Position numbers and translations under genes: made by a program
NCBI GenBank assembly: GCA_003220985.1
Contig: QHTY01000147.1
Coordinates: 1-36,169, forward strand
DNA length: 36,169 bases
From: Gemmatimonadota bacterium
Lineage (GTDB): Bacteria > Gemmatimonadota > Gemmatimonadetes > Gemmatimonadales > GWC2-71-9
Reading direction: 5' to 3'
Notes under the pieces: generated by a model
Told to the model about the DNA's origin: nothing
Seen by the model: the letters and a program-made list of their open reading frames with translations, nothing else
Databases searched by the model: none
Shown: positions 1-9,232 of the stretch, piece by piece
Layout: each line of letters starts with the position of its first letter
Numbering within the stretch: the first letter of the stretch is position 1

Positions 1-1
1 G

Positions 2-139
2 CGGCTCAAGGGGAAGTGGCGCTGGCACGTGCTGGTGAAGTCCGCCGAGCCGCGCGTGCTCGGGCGCGTGGTGCGCGCGTGGCGCACGAAGGCGCATCGC
101 GCGGTAACGGTGGATCGCGATCCGCAGTCACTCTTGTGA
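2..139 (+). CDS. priA: Primosomal protein N' (PriA), C-terminal fragment, 5'-truncated by the window
   Basis: Manual translation of frame 2 gives RLKGKWRWHVLVK...VTVDRDPQSLL*, resembling the PriA C-terminus (R..GxYRW.ILLK...VDVDP.SLL); TGA at 137-139. Confidence 0.75.
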   Translation, partial: RLKGKWRWHVLVKSAEPRVLGRVVRAWRTKAHRAVTVDRDPQSLL

Positions 140-172
140 AAGCCGTTTCACATCGGGTATTTTGACCCCCCT

Positions 173-1234
173 GTGAGTCGTCCGCGCTTTCAGTATCGAC
201 CACCGAACTTTGCCGCGCCGCCGCTGTCCGGCGCGCCCGACGCGAGGTTCATGTCCGCTCCCGCCGACGGGGTCCTTCCCGACGGTTTTTTTTCGACTAC
301 GAACCTGCCGACCTATGTGAAGCTGCCGAGCGGTTGGCGGCGGCCACGGCTGCCGCGCATGGATTGCGTGATCGTGCAGGCGGGGGGGACCGCTGACGAT
401 CTTGTCGTCGCCGAGCCACGCCGGGTGCGCCGCGGCGACAAGGTCGCGGTCGGAGCGGCGGAAGTGTCCCGCGAGCGGCCGGTGGATTACGGCGTGCTGG
501 CGCAGCTCTTAGGCGAAGAGAAGCAGCGCGGCGGCAAGATTCTCTGGGTCATCGGACCCGCGCTCGTGCATGCGCGCGCGCGGGAGGACATGATCTGGTT
601 CATCGACAACGGCTACTGCAACACGCTCCTCGGCGGCAACGCCGTCGCCGTACACGATCTCGAGGCCGCCATTTTCGGCACGACGCTGGGGATGTCGAGC
701 TCCGGTGAAAGCGTGGAAGGCGGGCACGGTCTGCACATGCGCGCGATCAACGCGATCCGGCGCGCGGGCTCGATCGAACAGGCGGTCGGGCAGGGCATCG
801 TGAAGAGCGGCATCATGCATGCCTTGGTGACGCACCGCATCCCGTTCGTGCTCGCCGGATCGATCCGCGACGACGGTCCGTTGCCGGACGTTATCCCCGA
901 CACGCTTGCCGCCCAGGACGCCATGCGGGCCCATACGGCGACCGCGACGTTCGCGATCTTCGTGGCGACCGCGCTCCACGCGATCGCGGTGGGGAACATG
1001 CTTCCCGCATTCGTGGACCCAGGCGTGACCGAAGACATTCGGCCCTTGACGACGATCTGCGTGGATCAAACCGAGTTCGTGGTCACCAAGCTGCGCGATC
1101 GCGGCACACACCAGGCCTACGGCGTCGTCACCAACGCGCAGGATTTCATGCATGTCCTGCGCTTCTATGTCGAGCGATGGCAGCAGGCGACGAGCCAGGT
1201 CCCGCCCCGGACTTCGGCCCAATCTTCCCGCTAG
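173..1234 (+). CDS. TIGR00300 / LOR-SDH family protein (ornithine cyclodeaminase-like, homologous to the AgrE/ArgZ C-terminal region)
   Basis: Motifs APADGVLPDGFFSTTN, MDCVIV, GPALVH, GNAVAVHDLE..GTTLG, LAGSIRDDGPLPD, KLRDRG. Possible internal deletion near 460. Confidence 0.85.
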   Translation: MSRPRFQYRPPNFAAPPLSGAPDARFMSAPADGVLPDGFFSTTNLPTYVKLPSGWRRPRLPRMDCVIVQAGGTADDLVVAEPRRVRRGDKVAVGAAEVSRERPVDYGVLAQLLGEEKQRGGKILWVIGPALVHARAREDMIWFIDNGYCNTLLGGNAVAVHDLEAAIFGTTLGMSSSGESVEGGHGLHMRAINAIRRAGSIEQAVGQGIVKSGIMHALVTHRIPFVLAGSIRDDGPLPDVIPDTLAAQDAMRAHTATATFAIFVATALHAIAVGNMLPAFVDPGVTEDIRPLTTICVDQTEFVVTKLRDRGTHQAYGVVTNAQDFMHVLRFYVERWQQATSQVPPRTSAQSSR

Positions 1235-1599
1235 CGGCGCCACCGGGGCAGGGTCCCGGCTGGGCGAAGCTCGCGGCCGCGGTCGAGGCACAGGTGCCGC
1301 CAGCCGAGATCGAGACGATCTATGTCTTCCGTCCGATCAAGCGGCAGGGGCGTGAGTGGGGCACGGCAGTCGTCACGCGCAAGAGTGGGTCCCCCGATGC
1401 ACGGTTGCGCGTCTACACGGCGAAATACATGCTCATCGTGCGCGGCAAGGACCGCGGGCAGACCAAGATCGAAGTGGTGGAAGTTGCGCTGAGTCCCGCT
1501 GCGGTGTTGGCGCAGGTTATGCAGGCGACGGTCGACCGGGGCGGTGATACGGAGCCGCCCGTCGAGCTGGGTCCCGCGGTCTGGTACGAAGGGAGGTAG
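1177..1599 (+). CDS. Hypothetical protein
   Basis: 140 aa ORF with globular-looking composition filling the gap between two conserved genes; start uncertain (58 bp overlap upstream). Confidence 0.7.
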   Translation: MAAGDEPGPAPDFGPIFPLAAPPGQGPGWAKLAAAVEAQVPPAEIETIYVFRPIKRQGREWGTAVVTRKSGSPDARLRVYTAKYMLIVRGKDRGQTKIEVVEVALSPAAVLAQVMQATVDRGGDTEPPVELGPAVWYEGR

Positions 1600-1621
1600 T
1601 TCGAGGTTGATTGACGCCAGA

Positions 1622-2167
1622 ATGTTCATCCCGACCAAGGCCTTTCTCACGAAGGGTGTCGGTCGGCACAAAGAAAAGCTCACCAGTTTCGAGATGGCGC
1701 TGCGCGATGCGCACCTTGCCAACTTCAATCTCGTGCGGGTGAGCTCAATTTTTCCCCCTCATTGCGAGTTGGTCGATCGCGAGGAGGGGCTGAGCATGCT
1801 GAAGCCCGGCCAAATTGTGTTCACCGTGGTGGCGGAGTCGGCGACGAACGAGCCCAGCCGCCTGGTGGCCGCTTCCATTGGACTCGCTTTGCCCGCCGAC
1901 GCCTCGCACCACGGCTACATCTCCGAGCACCACAGTTACGGCCAGAACGAGGTGGTCGCCGGCGAGTACGCCGAAGATCTGGCCGCCTCGATGTTGGGGA
2001 CCGTGTTGGGCGTGCCGTTCGACCCCGAGAAGGCGTGGGACGAGCGTCGCGAGCAATGGCTGCTCTCGGGCGAGATCGTGCGTACGATGAACGTGACGTC
2101 GACCGCGGAATGCGGGTCCGACGCACGATGGACCACCGTCGTCTCGGCGGTTGCGTTCTGCGGCTGA
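1622..2167 (+). CDS. pdaD: Pyruvoyl-dependent arginine decarboxylase
   Basis: SFEMALRDA...[11 protein letters not shown] with the Ser-Ser self-cleavage site, and GYISEHH; ATG at 1622. Confidence 0.9.
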   Translation: MFIPTKAFLTKGVGRHKEKLTSFEMALRDAHLANFNLVRVSSIFPPHCELVDREEGLSMLKPGQIVFTVVAESATNEPSRLVAASIGLALPADASHHGYISEHHSYGQNEVVAGEYAEDLAASMLGTVLGVPFDPEKAWDERREQWLLSGEIVRTMNVTSTAECGSDARWTTVVSAVAFCG

Positions 2168-2879
2168 TGTGAGTGCCGTCGTCGCGTTCGCGGCCGGTCT
2201 GCTGAGCTTTCTGTCGCCGTGCGTCCTGCCGCTCATTCCGAGCTACGTCGGGTTTCTCACGGGGATGTCGGTCGAGGAAGCAGAGCGTCGGCGCGGCATG
2301 GCGCTGCTCCATGGACTGTGGTTCGTCGCCGGGTTTTCGCTGGTCTTCGTGCTGCTCGGGGCGGCGGCGTCGGCGGTGGGCCAGTTGCTCCGCGACTATC
2401 AGGTGTGGCTGGGACGGGTCGGCGGTGTGCTGCTGATTGCGTTCGGGATCTATTTGCTCGGGATCCTACGGCCCGCGTTGTTGATGCGCGAATGGCGCAT
2501 CCAGCTGGCCAACAAGCCGCTAGGCTACTTCGGCTCCGGCGTCGTCGGATTCACCTTCGGAGCCGCGTGGACGCCCTGCATCGGGCCGATTCTCGGCGGC
2601 ATTCTGACGCTCGCGGCCACGCAGACGGGCCTGGGTCAGGGGATGGGGTTGCTGGCGGTGTACGCACTCGGACTCGCTATCCCGTTCCTATTGACGGCGC
2701 TGGCGCTGGATCGATTCCTGGTCTGGTTTCAACGGTTCCGCCCCTACATAGTATGGGTGGACCGCATCGCGGGCGGCATGCTGATCGTGTTGGGCATCCT
2801 GCTCGTCACCGATAGCTTTACGCTGCTTGCCGGGTACTTACAGAGCCTGACGCCGCAGTTTTTGCGGGATCGGTTGTAG
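2151..2879 (+). CDS. ccdA: Cytochrome c biogenesis protein CcdA (DsbD transmembrane domain)
   Basis: [10 protein letters not shown] and WTPCIGP Cys motifs with about 6 TM helices; start may be GTG at 2169. Confidence 0.9.
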   Translation: MRSAADVSAVVAFAAGLLSFLSPCVLPLIPSYVGFLTGMSVEEAERRRGMALLHGLWFVAGFSLVFVLLGAAASAVGQLLRDYQVWLGRVGGVLLIAFGIYLLGILRPALLMREWRIQLANKPLGYFGSGVVGFTFGAAWTPCIGPILGGILTLAATQTGLGQGMGLLAVYALGLAIPFLLTALALDRFLVWFQRFRPYIVWVDRIAGGMLIVLGILLVTDSFTLLAGYLQSLTPQFLRDRL

Positions 2880-2987
2880 AATATGCGCTTGTGATTGCAA
2901 GGCTAAACCTGCGGCTCGGTTCACCGATCGTTGCCGAGTCGCGAGTTCACTCGCGCAATCAAAACGGACTGTCACCGAGAGGATGTT

Positions 2988-3761
2988 ATGACTCGTCTTG
3001 CGATTTTCGCGACCGCGATCGCTGTGGGCCTGGGCGCCTGTCAAAAAGGACAGGATCAGAGCCAGGCCAGCGATTCGACCGCCCGCAACCTGACGCTGGC
3101 GCCCGCCGAATCGACGGGGCAGATGCGCGACGTTGCAGACCAGCGGACAACCCCGCCGCCGGCGACGCGTAATCCCACGACCCGCACCAATCCACCTCCG
3201 GCGCCCCCGCGTCCGCCCGCTCCGCCCCCGATGGCGCGCTTGGGTGTCGGCACGAAGGTGGACATCGCCGCCACCGATACGATTACTTCGCGCACCGCGA
3301 AAGTCGGTGACGCGTTCGCCGCGCGCGTCGTGGAGGATGTCCGCAACGCCTCCGGTCGCGTCGTGATTCCGGCGGGCTCGGTCGTCAACGGCGAGATCGC
3401 CGACGTCAAACCGTCGCCCAATCCCAGTACGCCGGGGACCTTGACGCTGAGTGTCTCGAGCATCACTGTACGCGGCAAGTCGTATCCGATCGAGGCCTCG
3501 GTCGACTCGCTCGAGACGATTCACAAGGGCCGAGGGGTCACCTCGGGTGACGCGGCCAAGGTCGGAGCGGGCGCGGCCGCGGGCGCGATTCTCGGACGCA
3601 TCCTAGGCGGCAACAAGAAGGGCACGATCATCGGCGGCGTGGTGGGTGCAGCCGCCGGTGCCGGTGTGGCACACCAGACCAAGGACTCGGACATCGTCTT
3701 GCCGGCGGGGGCGCATATCATCATTCGGCTGACGAAGGAACTCGCGGTCACGGCATCCTGA
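2988..3761 (+). CDS. Lipoprotein with Pro-rich linker and C-terminal glycine-zipper domain
   Basis: GAGAGGA SD before ATG 2988; lipobox LGAC; GAAAGAILGRILGG...GGVVGAAAGAG zipper. Confidence 0.8.
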   Translation: MTRLAIFATAIAVGLGACQKGQDQSQASDSTARNLTLAPAESTGQMRDVADQRTTPPPATRNPTTRTNPPPAPPRPPAPPPMARLGVGTKVDIAATDTITSRTAKVGDAFAARVVEDVRNASGRVVIPAGSVVNGEIADVKPSPNPSTPGTLTLSVSSITVRGKSYPIEASVDSLETIHKGRGVTSGDAAKVGAGAAAGAILGRILGGNKKGTIIGGVVGAAAGAGVAHQTKDSDIVLPAGAHIIIRLTKELAVTAS

Positions 3762-3765
3762 CGCG

Positions 3766-4995
3766 GTGATCCGCACCAAGCTTTCTACGATGATGTTCCT
3801 CCAGTTCTTCATCTGGGGGGCATGGTACACGTCTATCGCCGTGTACATGACGAATCACGGCATGGCGACGCTGACCCACTGGCCGTACACGGTCAATCCC
3901 GTGGCGGCGATCGTCGCGCCGTTCTTCCTTGGCCTGGTGGCGGACCGGTACTTCGCGACGGAGAAAGTCCTCGCCACACTGCATCTGCTGGGTGGGCTGC
4001 TCCTTTTCGCCACGCCGCAATTCGCCGCCCAGCCCACCACGTTCATTCTGCTCCTGCTCCTCTATAACCTCTGCTACATGCCGACGCTGGGCCTGGCGAA
4101 CAGCCTCGCGTTCCATCACATCGAGTCGCAGGAGCAGCAGTTCCCGCTGATCCGCGTGTTCGGTACCATCGGATGGATCGTGGCCGGACTCTTCATCAGC
4201 CTGCTGCTCGGGAAGATCATGGGCGGCATTCCGGAACAGACGCCGCTGCCGCTGTACACGGCCGCGACGGCCAGCATCGTCCTCGGGCTCTTCTGTTTCA
4301 CGCTGCCGCACACGCCGCCGTCGGGGCGCGGCCAGCCCGTCTCGCTGCGCAGCATCGCGGGACTGGACGCGCTGAAACAGCTCGGCGACCGGCCATTCTA
4401 TGTGTTCATCATCGCCTCATTGCTGCTGTGCATCCCGCTCGCTGCGTACTACAACTTCACGCAGCTCTTCCTGGGGGCGGCCGGCGTGCAGAAGATCGCC
4501 GCCACGCAGACGGTGGGGCAGATCTCCGAGACGTTCTTCATGCTCATTATGCCGATGTTGTTCATGCGGCTCGGCGTGAAGAAGATGCTGATGATGGGCA
4601 TGGCCGCCTGGACGCTGCGGTACGCGCTCTTTGCACTGGCCGCTCCCGCTGCCGTGTTCTGGATGATACTGCTCGGCATCGCGCTCCACGGTCCCTGCTA
4701 TGACTTCTTCTTCGTGACCGGCCAGATCTACGTCGACAAGAAGTCGACGCCGGCGGTGCGCGGGCAGGCGCAAGGCTTTTTGGTGCTCGTGACCTACGGA
4801 GTGGGAATGCTGATCGGCGCGCAGATTGCGGGGAACGTCTACGATCGATTCCTGTCGGGCGCGACCGCCTTGACGCTTCCGCAGTGGCAGAGCTTCTGGT
4901 GGCTGCCCGCCGCCTTCGCCGCGGCAGTCCTGGTGTTCTTTACGGCGCTGTTCAAGGCGCCGGCTCGCGAGACCGCCTCTACTCCAACTCTCTGA
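3766..4995 (+). CDS. MFS nucleoside:H+ symporter family permease (NupG/YegT-like)
   Basis: KLSTMMFLQFFIWGAW, FPLIRVFGTIGWI, LHGPCYDFFFVTGQIYVD; about 12 TM helices. Confidence 0.9.
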   Translation: MIRTKLSTMMFLQFFIWGAWYTSIAVYMTNHGMATLTHWPYTVNPVAAIVAPFFLGLVADRYFATEKVLATLHLLGGLLLFATPQFAAQPTTFILLLLLYNLCYMPTLGLANSLAFHHIESQEQQFPLIRVFGTIGWIVAGLFISLLLGKIMGGIPEQTPLPLYTAATASIVLGLFCFTLPHTPPSGRGQPVSLRSIAGLDALKQLGDRPFYVFIIASLLLCIPLAAYYNFTQLFLGAAGVQKIAATQTVGQISETFFMLIMPMLFMRLGVKKMLMMGMAAWTLRYALFALAAPAAVFWMILLGIALHGPCYDFFFVTGQIYVDKKSTPAVRGQAQGFLVLVTYGVGMLIGAQIAGNVYDRFLSGATALTLPQWQSFWWLPAAFAAAVLVFFTALFKAPARETASTPTL

Positions 4996-5701
4996 GCCAG
5001 ATATTCCGATAACGCACCGGGTTGCCGTGATCCTGTAGTCGCAACGGCAATTTGTCCGGATGCGCCCGATACGGTGGCCTCGCCTGATTCGCCGTCGGCC
5101 CGACAAGCTCGAAGTTGTCTTGGATCAATACGCCATTCAGAAACACGGTCATGCGCGCCGGACGTTCGAGTGTGCCGTCCGCCTTGAAGTGCGGCCGATG
5201 GAAGATGACGTCATACGCCTGCCACTGGCCCGGCGGCCGGGTGGCGTTGACGAGCGGCGGGTTCTCGCCGTAGATCGCACCGGCCTGCCCGTCGGGATAG
5301 GTGTCGTTCTGATAGGAATCGAGGACCTGGAGCTCGTACCTCCCCATCAAAAAGATCCCGCTGTTGCCACGCTCCTGACTTTCGCCCTGCACGACCGCCG
5401 GCGTCGCCCACTCGATGTGCAGCTGCACGTCGCCGAAGCCGCGAGCGGAGACCAGCATGCCGGTTCCGGCCTTCACCTCGACGTAACCATCCTTCACCGT
5501 CCATTTCGCGGCCGTGCTGTCCTGCGCGCGCCACTGCGACAGGTTCGTCCCGTCGAACAGTACGATCGCGTCCTTCGGCGCCGGGGTGGGAGGGCGCTCA
5601 GGGCCAGGATCGACGACGGGAGGCCGAGGGCGGTCCATCGAGTGCTGCGGCCACTGCTGCTGTGTCTGTGCCATCAGCAACAAAGCTAGCGTGCCGATCA
5701 T
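4979..5701 (-). CDS. DUF1080 (3-keto-disaccharide hydrolase/lyase family) protein, secreted
   Basis: LFDGTNL, FGDVQLHIEW, RGNSGIF, YELQVLDS, LQDHGNPVRYRNIW; ATG 5701 overlaps the upstream stop (ATGA); hydrophobic N-terminus. Confidence 0.9.
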   Translation of the reverse strand: MIGTLALLLMAQTQQQWPQHSMDRPRPPVVDPGPERPPTPAPKDAIVLFDGTNLSQWRAQDSTAAKWTVKDGYVEVKAGTGMLVSARGFGDVQLHIEWATPAVVQGESQERGNSGIFLMGRYELQVLDSYQNDTYPDGQAGAIYGENPPLVNATRPPGQWQAYDVIFHRPHFKADGTLERPARMTVFLNGVLIQDNFELVGPTANQARPPYRAHPDKLPLRLQDHGNPVRYRNIWLRELE

Positions 5702-6936
5702 GGCTTCCATGTTCCCTTCGCAACCGCGGGGACGAACGTCTCGACGCCTGAGCCGGGGAAGTCGAGTGTGCAGCCCTGCTCGGCGCTCATGTATGCGGTC
5801 ATCAGAACTTTCACGACCTGCAAGCCATCGTTGAAGGTGAGCGCGGGCGGCTGCTGGTTGAGAAACGCCTGTACGAAATGACGGTCCTCGGCCTCGTACC
5901 CATACGCCGCCGCCTCGTTCGCCACGACGGGCATCTGCCCGACTTCGGCGTTCTGTTTCTCGACCAGGTCTTCGCCAGCCTTGCCTTGCACCTCGCGGCT
6001 GAAGAACAGCTTGAGACCCGAGTCGAGCGAGTTCCACGACAACGAGTACTCGGGGCCCAGCAATTCGGCTGAGAGCCGCAGGCCGGCGCCGACGAAGCTC
6101 CAGGACGTCGTCGCTTCACCCAAGACGCGATGGCCGTCGTCAGTGGCGAAATCGATCACCACGCTCGCAAAATCTTCGGACGGCGTCTTCGCGTAATCCA
6201 CGTCCTGCCCCATCGCCTCGCTGAGCTTCTTGCTGTAGTGCGGGCGGGACCACTTCAGACTCGCGATGTGGGCCGTGATTTTCGCCGGCTGGACGGAGCT
6301 CCGCGGCTTCGCCGGATCGGTGAGGAGATGTTGGACCAGCAGCGACGAGTGACACATCATGTCGTTCAGCACGCCGCCCCCCTGTTGCGCGCCCTGCCAG
6401 AACCAGGGGGCATGCGGGCCGCTGTGCTCTTCCGCCGCGCGCGCCAGATAGGGCCGGCCGGTCAGCTTGGCGCCGCGCGCCCAGAGCAAGGTACGCCCCA
6501 CCTCGACCTGCGGCGAGAAGACCTGGTTCTCGAGGTATCCCGTCGGCAGGCCGACTTTCTTGACGAGCTCTACGACGCGTTTGGCTTCCGCGACATTGCG
6601 CGCCAGCGGCTTTTCACATGCGAGGCCGAGGAGCTTGCCCTTCCCGCGCTCGATCGTGCTCACCAGCTCTTCCACGTTGTCGATGCGAGCGTGATTGGGG
6701 CCGCAGAGCCAAATCGCGTCGATGGCCGGATCCTCGACCATCGCCGCGATGGACGGATACGGCTTGGCGTCGCCGACGCCCAGCTTTTGTGCGATCGTGG
6801 CCGTGGCGGCGGCGTTCTTCCGGTTGGGACTCCAGATGCCGAGGACGTCGGCGTCCCGGACGCCGACGAATCCCAGCAGGTGGAATTTGGCGTTGAAGCC
6901 GCTCCCCACGATCCCGATGCCAAGTCGTTTCGCCAT
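5698..6936 (-). CDS. Gfo/Idh/MocA family NAD(P)-dependent oxidoreductase
   Basis: N-terminal GIVGSG Rossmann motif, CEKPLA, GGGVLNDMMCH. Confidence 0.9.
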   Translation of the reverse strand: MAKRLGIGIVGSGFNAKFHLLGFVGVRDADVLGIWSPNRKNAAATATIAQKLGVGDAKPYPSIAAMVEDPAIDAIWLCGPNHARIDNVEELVSTIERGKGKLLGLACEKPLARNVAEAKRVVELVKKVGLPTGYLENQVFSPQVEVGRTLLWARGAKLTGRPYLARAAEEHSGPHAPWFWQGAQQGGGVLNDMMCHSSLLVQHLLTDPAKPRSSVQPAKITAHIASLKWSRPHYSKKLSEAMGQDVDYAKTPSEDFASVVIDFATDDGHRVLGEATTSWSFVGAGLRLSAELLGPEYSLSWNSLDSGLKLFFSREVQGKAGEDLVEKQNAEVGQMPVVANEAAAYGYEAEDRHFVQAFLNQQPPALTFNDGLQVVKVLMTAYMSAEQGCTLDFPGSGVETFVPAVAKGTWKP

Positions 6937-7521
6937 TCAGTCCTCGTATTGGACGCCAAGTTTCTGCAGCGCTTCCGGAGGACAGCCCGCCCACTCCTGC
7001 ACGAATGTGTTGCCTCGATAGTCGAGATCGGCCACGCCGATCTTGCTGGACCAGAAGCCCGATGCCGTCATATCCCGGAACATGTTGAAGAAGGCGACCC
7101 CCTGGCTCACGTCCGGCTTCGCCTTCTTGGGCCAGGCAATGTCGTCGAGCACGGCGGTTTGTTGAGTCGGCGTCGCGGCGACGAACGTCTTGGCAAACCG
7201 CTCGGAGCACTCGTTGTCCAGCCAGGCGAGCCCGCCACGCATCGGCGTTTGACCGTCGGGCCGATCGTTCATCATGAAATCCATGAACTCGGGGACGCCG
7301 GCGTCGGTGGCGCTGCCTGAGCGCTCGTCCTTTGGAATGACCAGATCCGCGAGGACGCGCACCGTGTCCCACTCGTGGGGAGTAAAGAATGCCGGCGCGT
7401 ACGGCGCTTTTAGTGCCTCGCGCGCCAACCCTGCCGCCTTTGCCGCCTCTGCCGGTGTCCATTTGAAAGCAGCCGTGAGCGCGGCCATCGCCATCGCGCC
7501 GACGGCTTCGCGCCGCTTCAT
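6937..7521 (-). CDS. Gluconate 2-dehydrogenase subunit 3 family (Tat small subunit of an FAD sugar dehydrogenase)
   Basis: MKRREAV twin-Arg-like leader; LADLVIPKDERSGSATDAGVPEFMDF; GFWSSKIG; ATGA coupling to the GMC gene. Confidence 0.88.
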   Translation of the reverse strand: MKRREAVGAMAMAALTAAFKWTPAEAAKAAGLAREALKAPYAPAFFTPHEWDTVRVLADLVIPKDERSGSATDAGVPEFMDFMMNDRPDGQTPMRGGLAWLDNECSERFAKTFVAATPTQQTAVLDDIAWPKKAKPDVSQGVAFFNMFRDMTASGFWSSKIGVADLDYRGNTFVQEWAGCPPEALQKLGVQYED

Positions 7522-9212
7522 AGGGTCCTCGCTTTCAGCTGTGCCGCGATGTAGTCGGACGTCCGCCAGGACAGCGCCATGATCGTCCAGGTGGGATTCT
7601 TGTCGGCTTGCGACGTGAACGGCGCGCCATCGGCCACGAAGAGATTCTTGACCTCGTGGGTCTGGCAATTCGAGTTCACGACCGAGGTCTTTGGATCGGC
7701 GCCCATGCGCGCGCCGCCCAATTCGTGGATGATCACGCCACCCGCCGCGATGCCGTAGCCATCTTCTTTGCTCGGCATATCCCCCCAGGGCGTGCCGCCC
7801 ATCTCCTTGATGAGCGCGCGGAAAGTCTCCTGCATGTGCTTCACCTGCAGGTGCTCGTGATCGGTGAACTGCCAATGGAAGCGCAGCACCGGGATCCCCC
7901 AGCGGTCTACGACTCTGGGGTCGATCTCGCAATAGCTGCCCTCGTTGGGAATCATCTCCCCACGGCCTGAGAAGCCGACATAGGCGCCATAGTAGCGGCG
8001 GTAGTCCGCCTTGAGCTGCTTGCCGTAGCCACCGCCGGGCGGGTAGTTCTGGATTCCGCCCAGAATGCCGTAGTCGGGCATGTCGGCGCCGCCCCAGACC
8101 TCGATGTGGTAGCCACGCGGGAAGTCGAGCTTCTTGTTGTCGAGCCACCACGGCATGTAGACATGCATGCCGCCGACGCCGTCGTGATTGTGGGGGATGT
8201 GGTCCATCAGCTTCGGAACGAATCCCCCGACATCCGTGCCGGTCGTGTCGGTGAGATATTTGCCCACCGTGCCGCTGGCATTCGCAAGCCCGTTCGGAAA
8301 TGACGGCGATTTCGAGTTGAGCAGCAGCCGGGAGGTTTCGCAGGCGCTGGCGGCCAGCACGACGACGCGGGCGTCGATGTGGTGCTCGCTGCCGTCTTTC
8401 GTGTCTATGTATGTGACGCCACTCGCGCGGCCGTCCCGGCCCAGCGTGACTTCGCGCGCCATCGCGTTGGTCAGCAGCGTGAGCTTGCCCGTCTTTAGCG
8501 CGGGGGCGATCAGCACGTTGGTCGACGAGAAGTTGGAATTCGTCTTACAGCCGCGGTTACACTGCCCGCAGTAATGGCACGCCGCGCGCCCGGGCAGCGG
8601 CCGGGTCAGGATCGAGAGGCGAGAAGGGACGCAGGTGACATTGAGCCGGCGCGCCGCCTGCTGCACGAGCAACTCGTAGCAGCGCGGCTTGGGCGGCGGC
8701 AGGAACAGGCTGTCAGGTGCGTTCGGGATGTTTTCTTTGCTCCCGAAGACGCCCACCAGCTGCTCGAGCTTCTCGTAGTAGGGCCGGACGTCGTCGTAGC
8801 TGATTGGCCAGTCGTCGCCCAGGCCGTCGAACGTCTTCGCCTTGAAGTCGCGCGGACCGAAGCGCAGCGAGATACGACCCCAGTGGTTCGTCCGGCCGCC
8901 AACCATTCGCGCGCGCCACCAGCGGAACCTGTTCCCCTGCGCGACGGTGTAGGGCTCCCCGGGGATTTCCCATCCACCGATGCAGCCGTCGAACTCACCA
9001 AAGGGCCGGTCTTTGGTGGAAGCGCCGCGGCGTGGCGACTCGTACGGCCAGGTCAACATCGCGGAGTCGGTCGTGTTGTCCCACGGACGGCCCGCCTCGA
9101 GCACGGTGACGTTGACGCCGGCGCGGGTGAGGGCGTATGCGGCCATCCCACCGCCGGCTCCGGAGCCGACGATGAGCACATCGGCCGGTGAGGCTTGGGT
9201 TGCAAAGCGCAT
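7518..9212 (-). CDS. GMC family FAD oxidoreductase (glycoside 3-dehydrogenase-like)
   Basis: VGSGAGG FAD motif, GGRTNHWGR, CHYCGQCNRGC Fe-S motif, IIHELGGARMG, KNPTWT. Confidence 0.92.
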   Translation of the reverse strand: MRFATQASPADVLIVGSGAGGGMAAYALTRAGVNVTVLEAGRPWDNTTDSAMLTWPYESPRRGASTKDRPFGEFDGCIGGWEIPGEPYTVAQGNRFRWWRARMVGGRTNHWGRISLRFGPRDFKAKTFDGLGDDWPISYDDVRPYYEKLEQLVGVFGSKENIPNAPDSLFLPPPKPRCYELLVQQAARRLNVTCVPSRLSILTRPLPGRAACHYCGQCNRGCKTNSNFSSTNVLIAPALKTGKLTLLTNAMAREVTLGRDGRASGVTYIDTKDGSEHHIDARVVVLAASACETSRLLLNSKSPSFPNGLANASGTVGKYLTDTTGTDVGGFVPKLMDHIPHNHDGVGGMHVYMPWWLDNKKLDFPRGYHIEVWGGADMPDYGILGGIQNYPPGGGYGKQLKADYRRYYGAYVGFSGRGEMIPNEGSYCEIDPRVVDRWGIPVLRFHWQFTDHEHLQVKHMQETFRALIKEMGGTPWGDMPSKEDGYGIAAGGVIIHELGGARMGADPKTSVVNSNCQTHEVKNLFVADGAPFTSQADKNPTWTIMALSWRTSDYIAAQLKARTL

Positions 9213-9232
9213 GCAAGACTCCCGTGTCAGGT

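Noticed and set aside
5702-6037. N-terminal extensions in the ORF track (DUF1080, subunit 3, anmK, nagZ, CocE, FHA-protease, TIM barrel)
   Set aside because: They overlap upstream genes or regulatory DNA; coupled or motif-supported downstream starts fit better.
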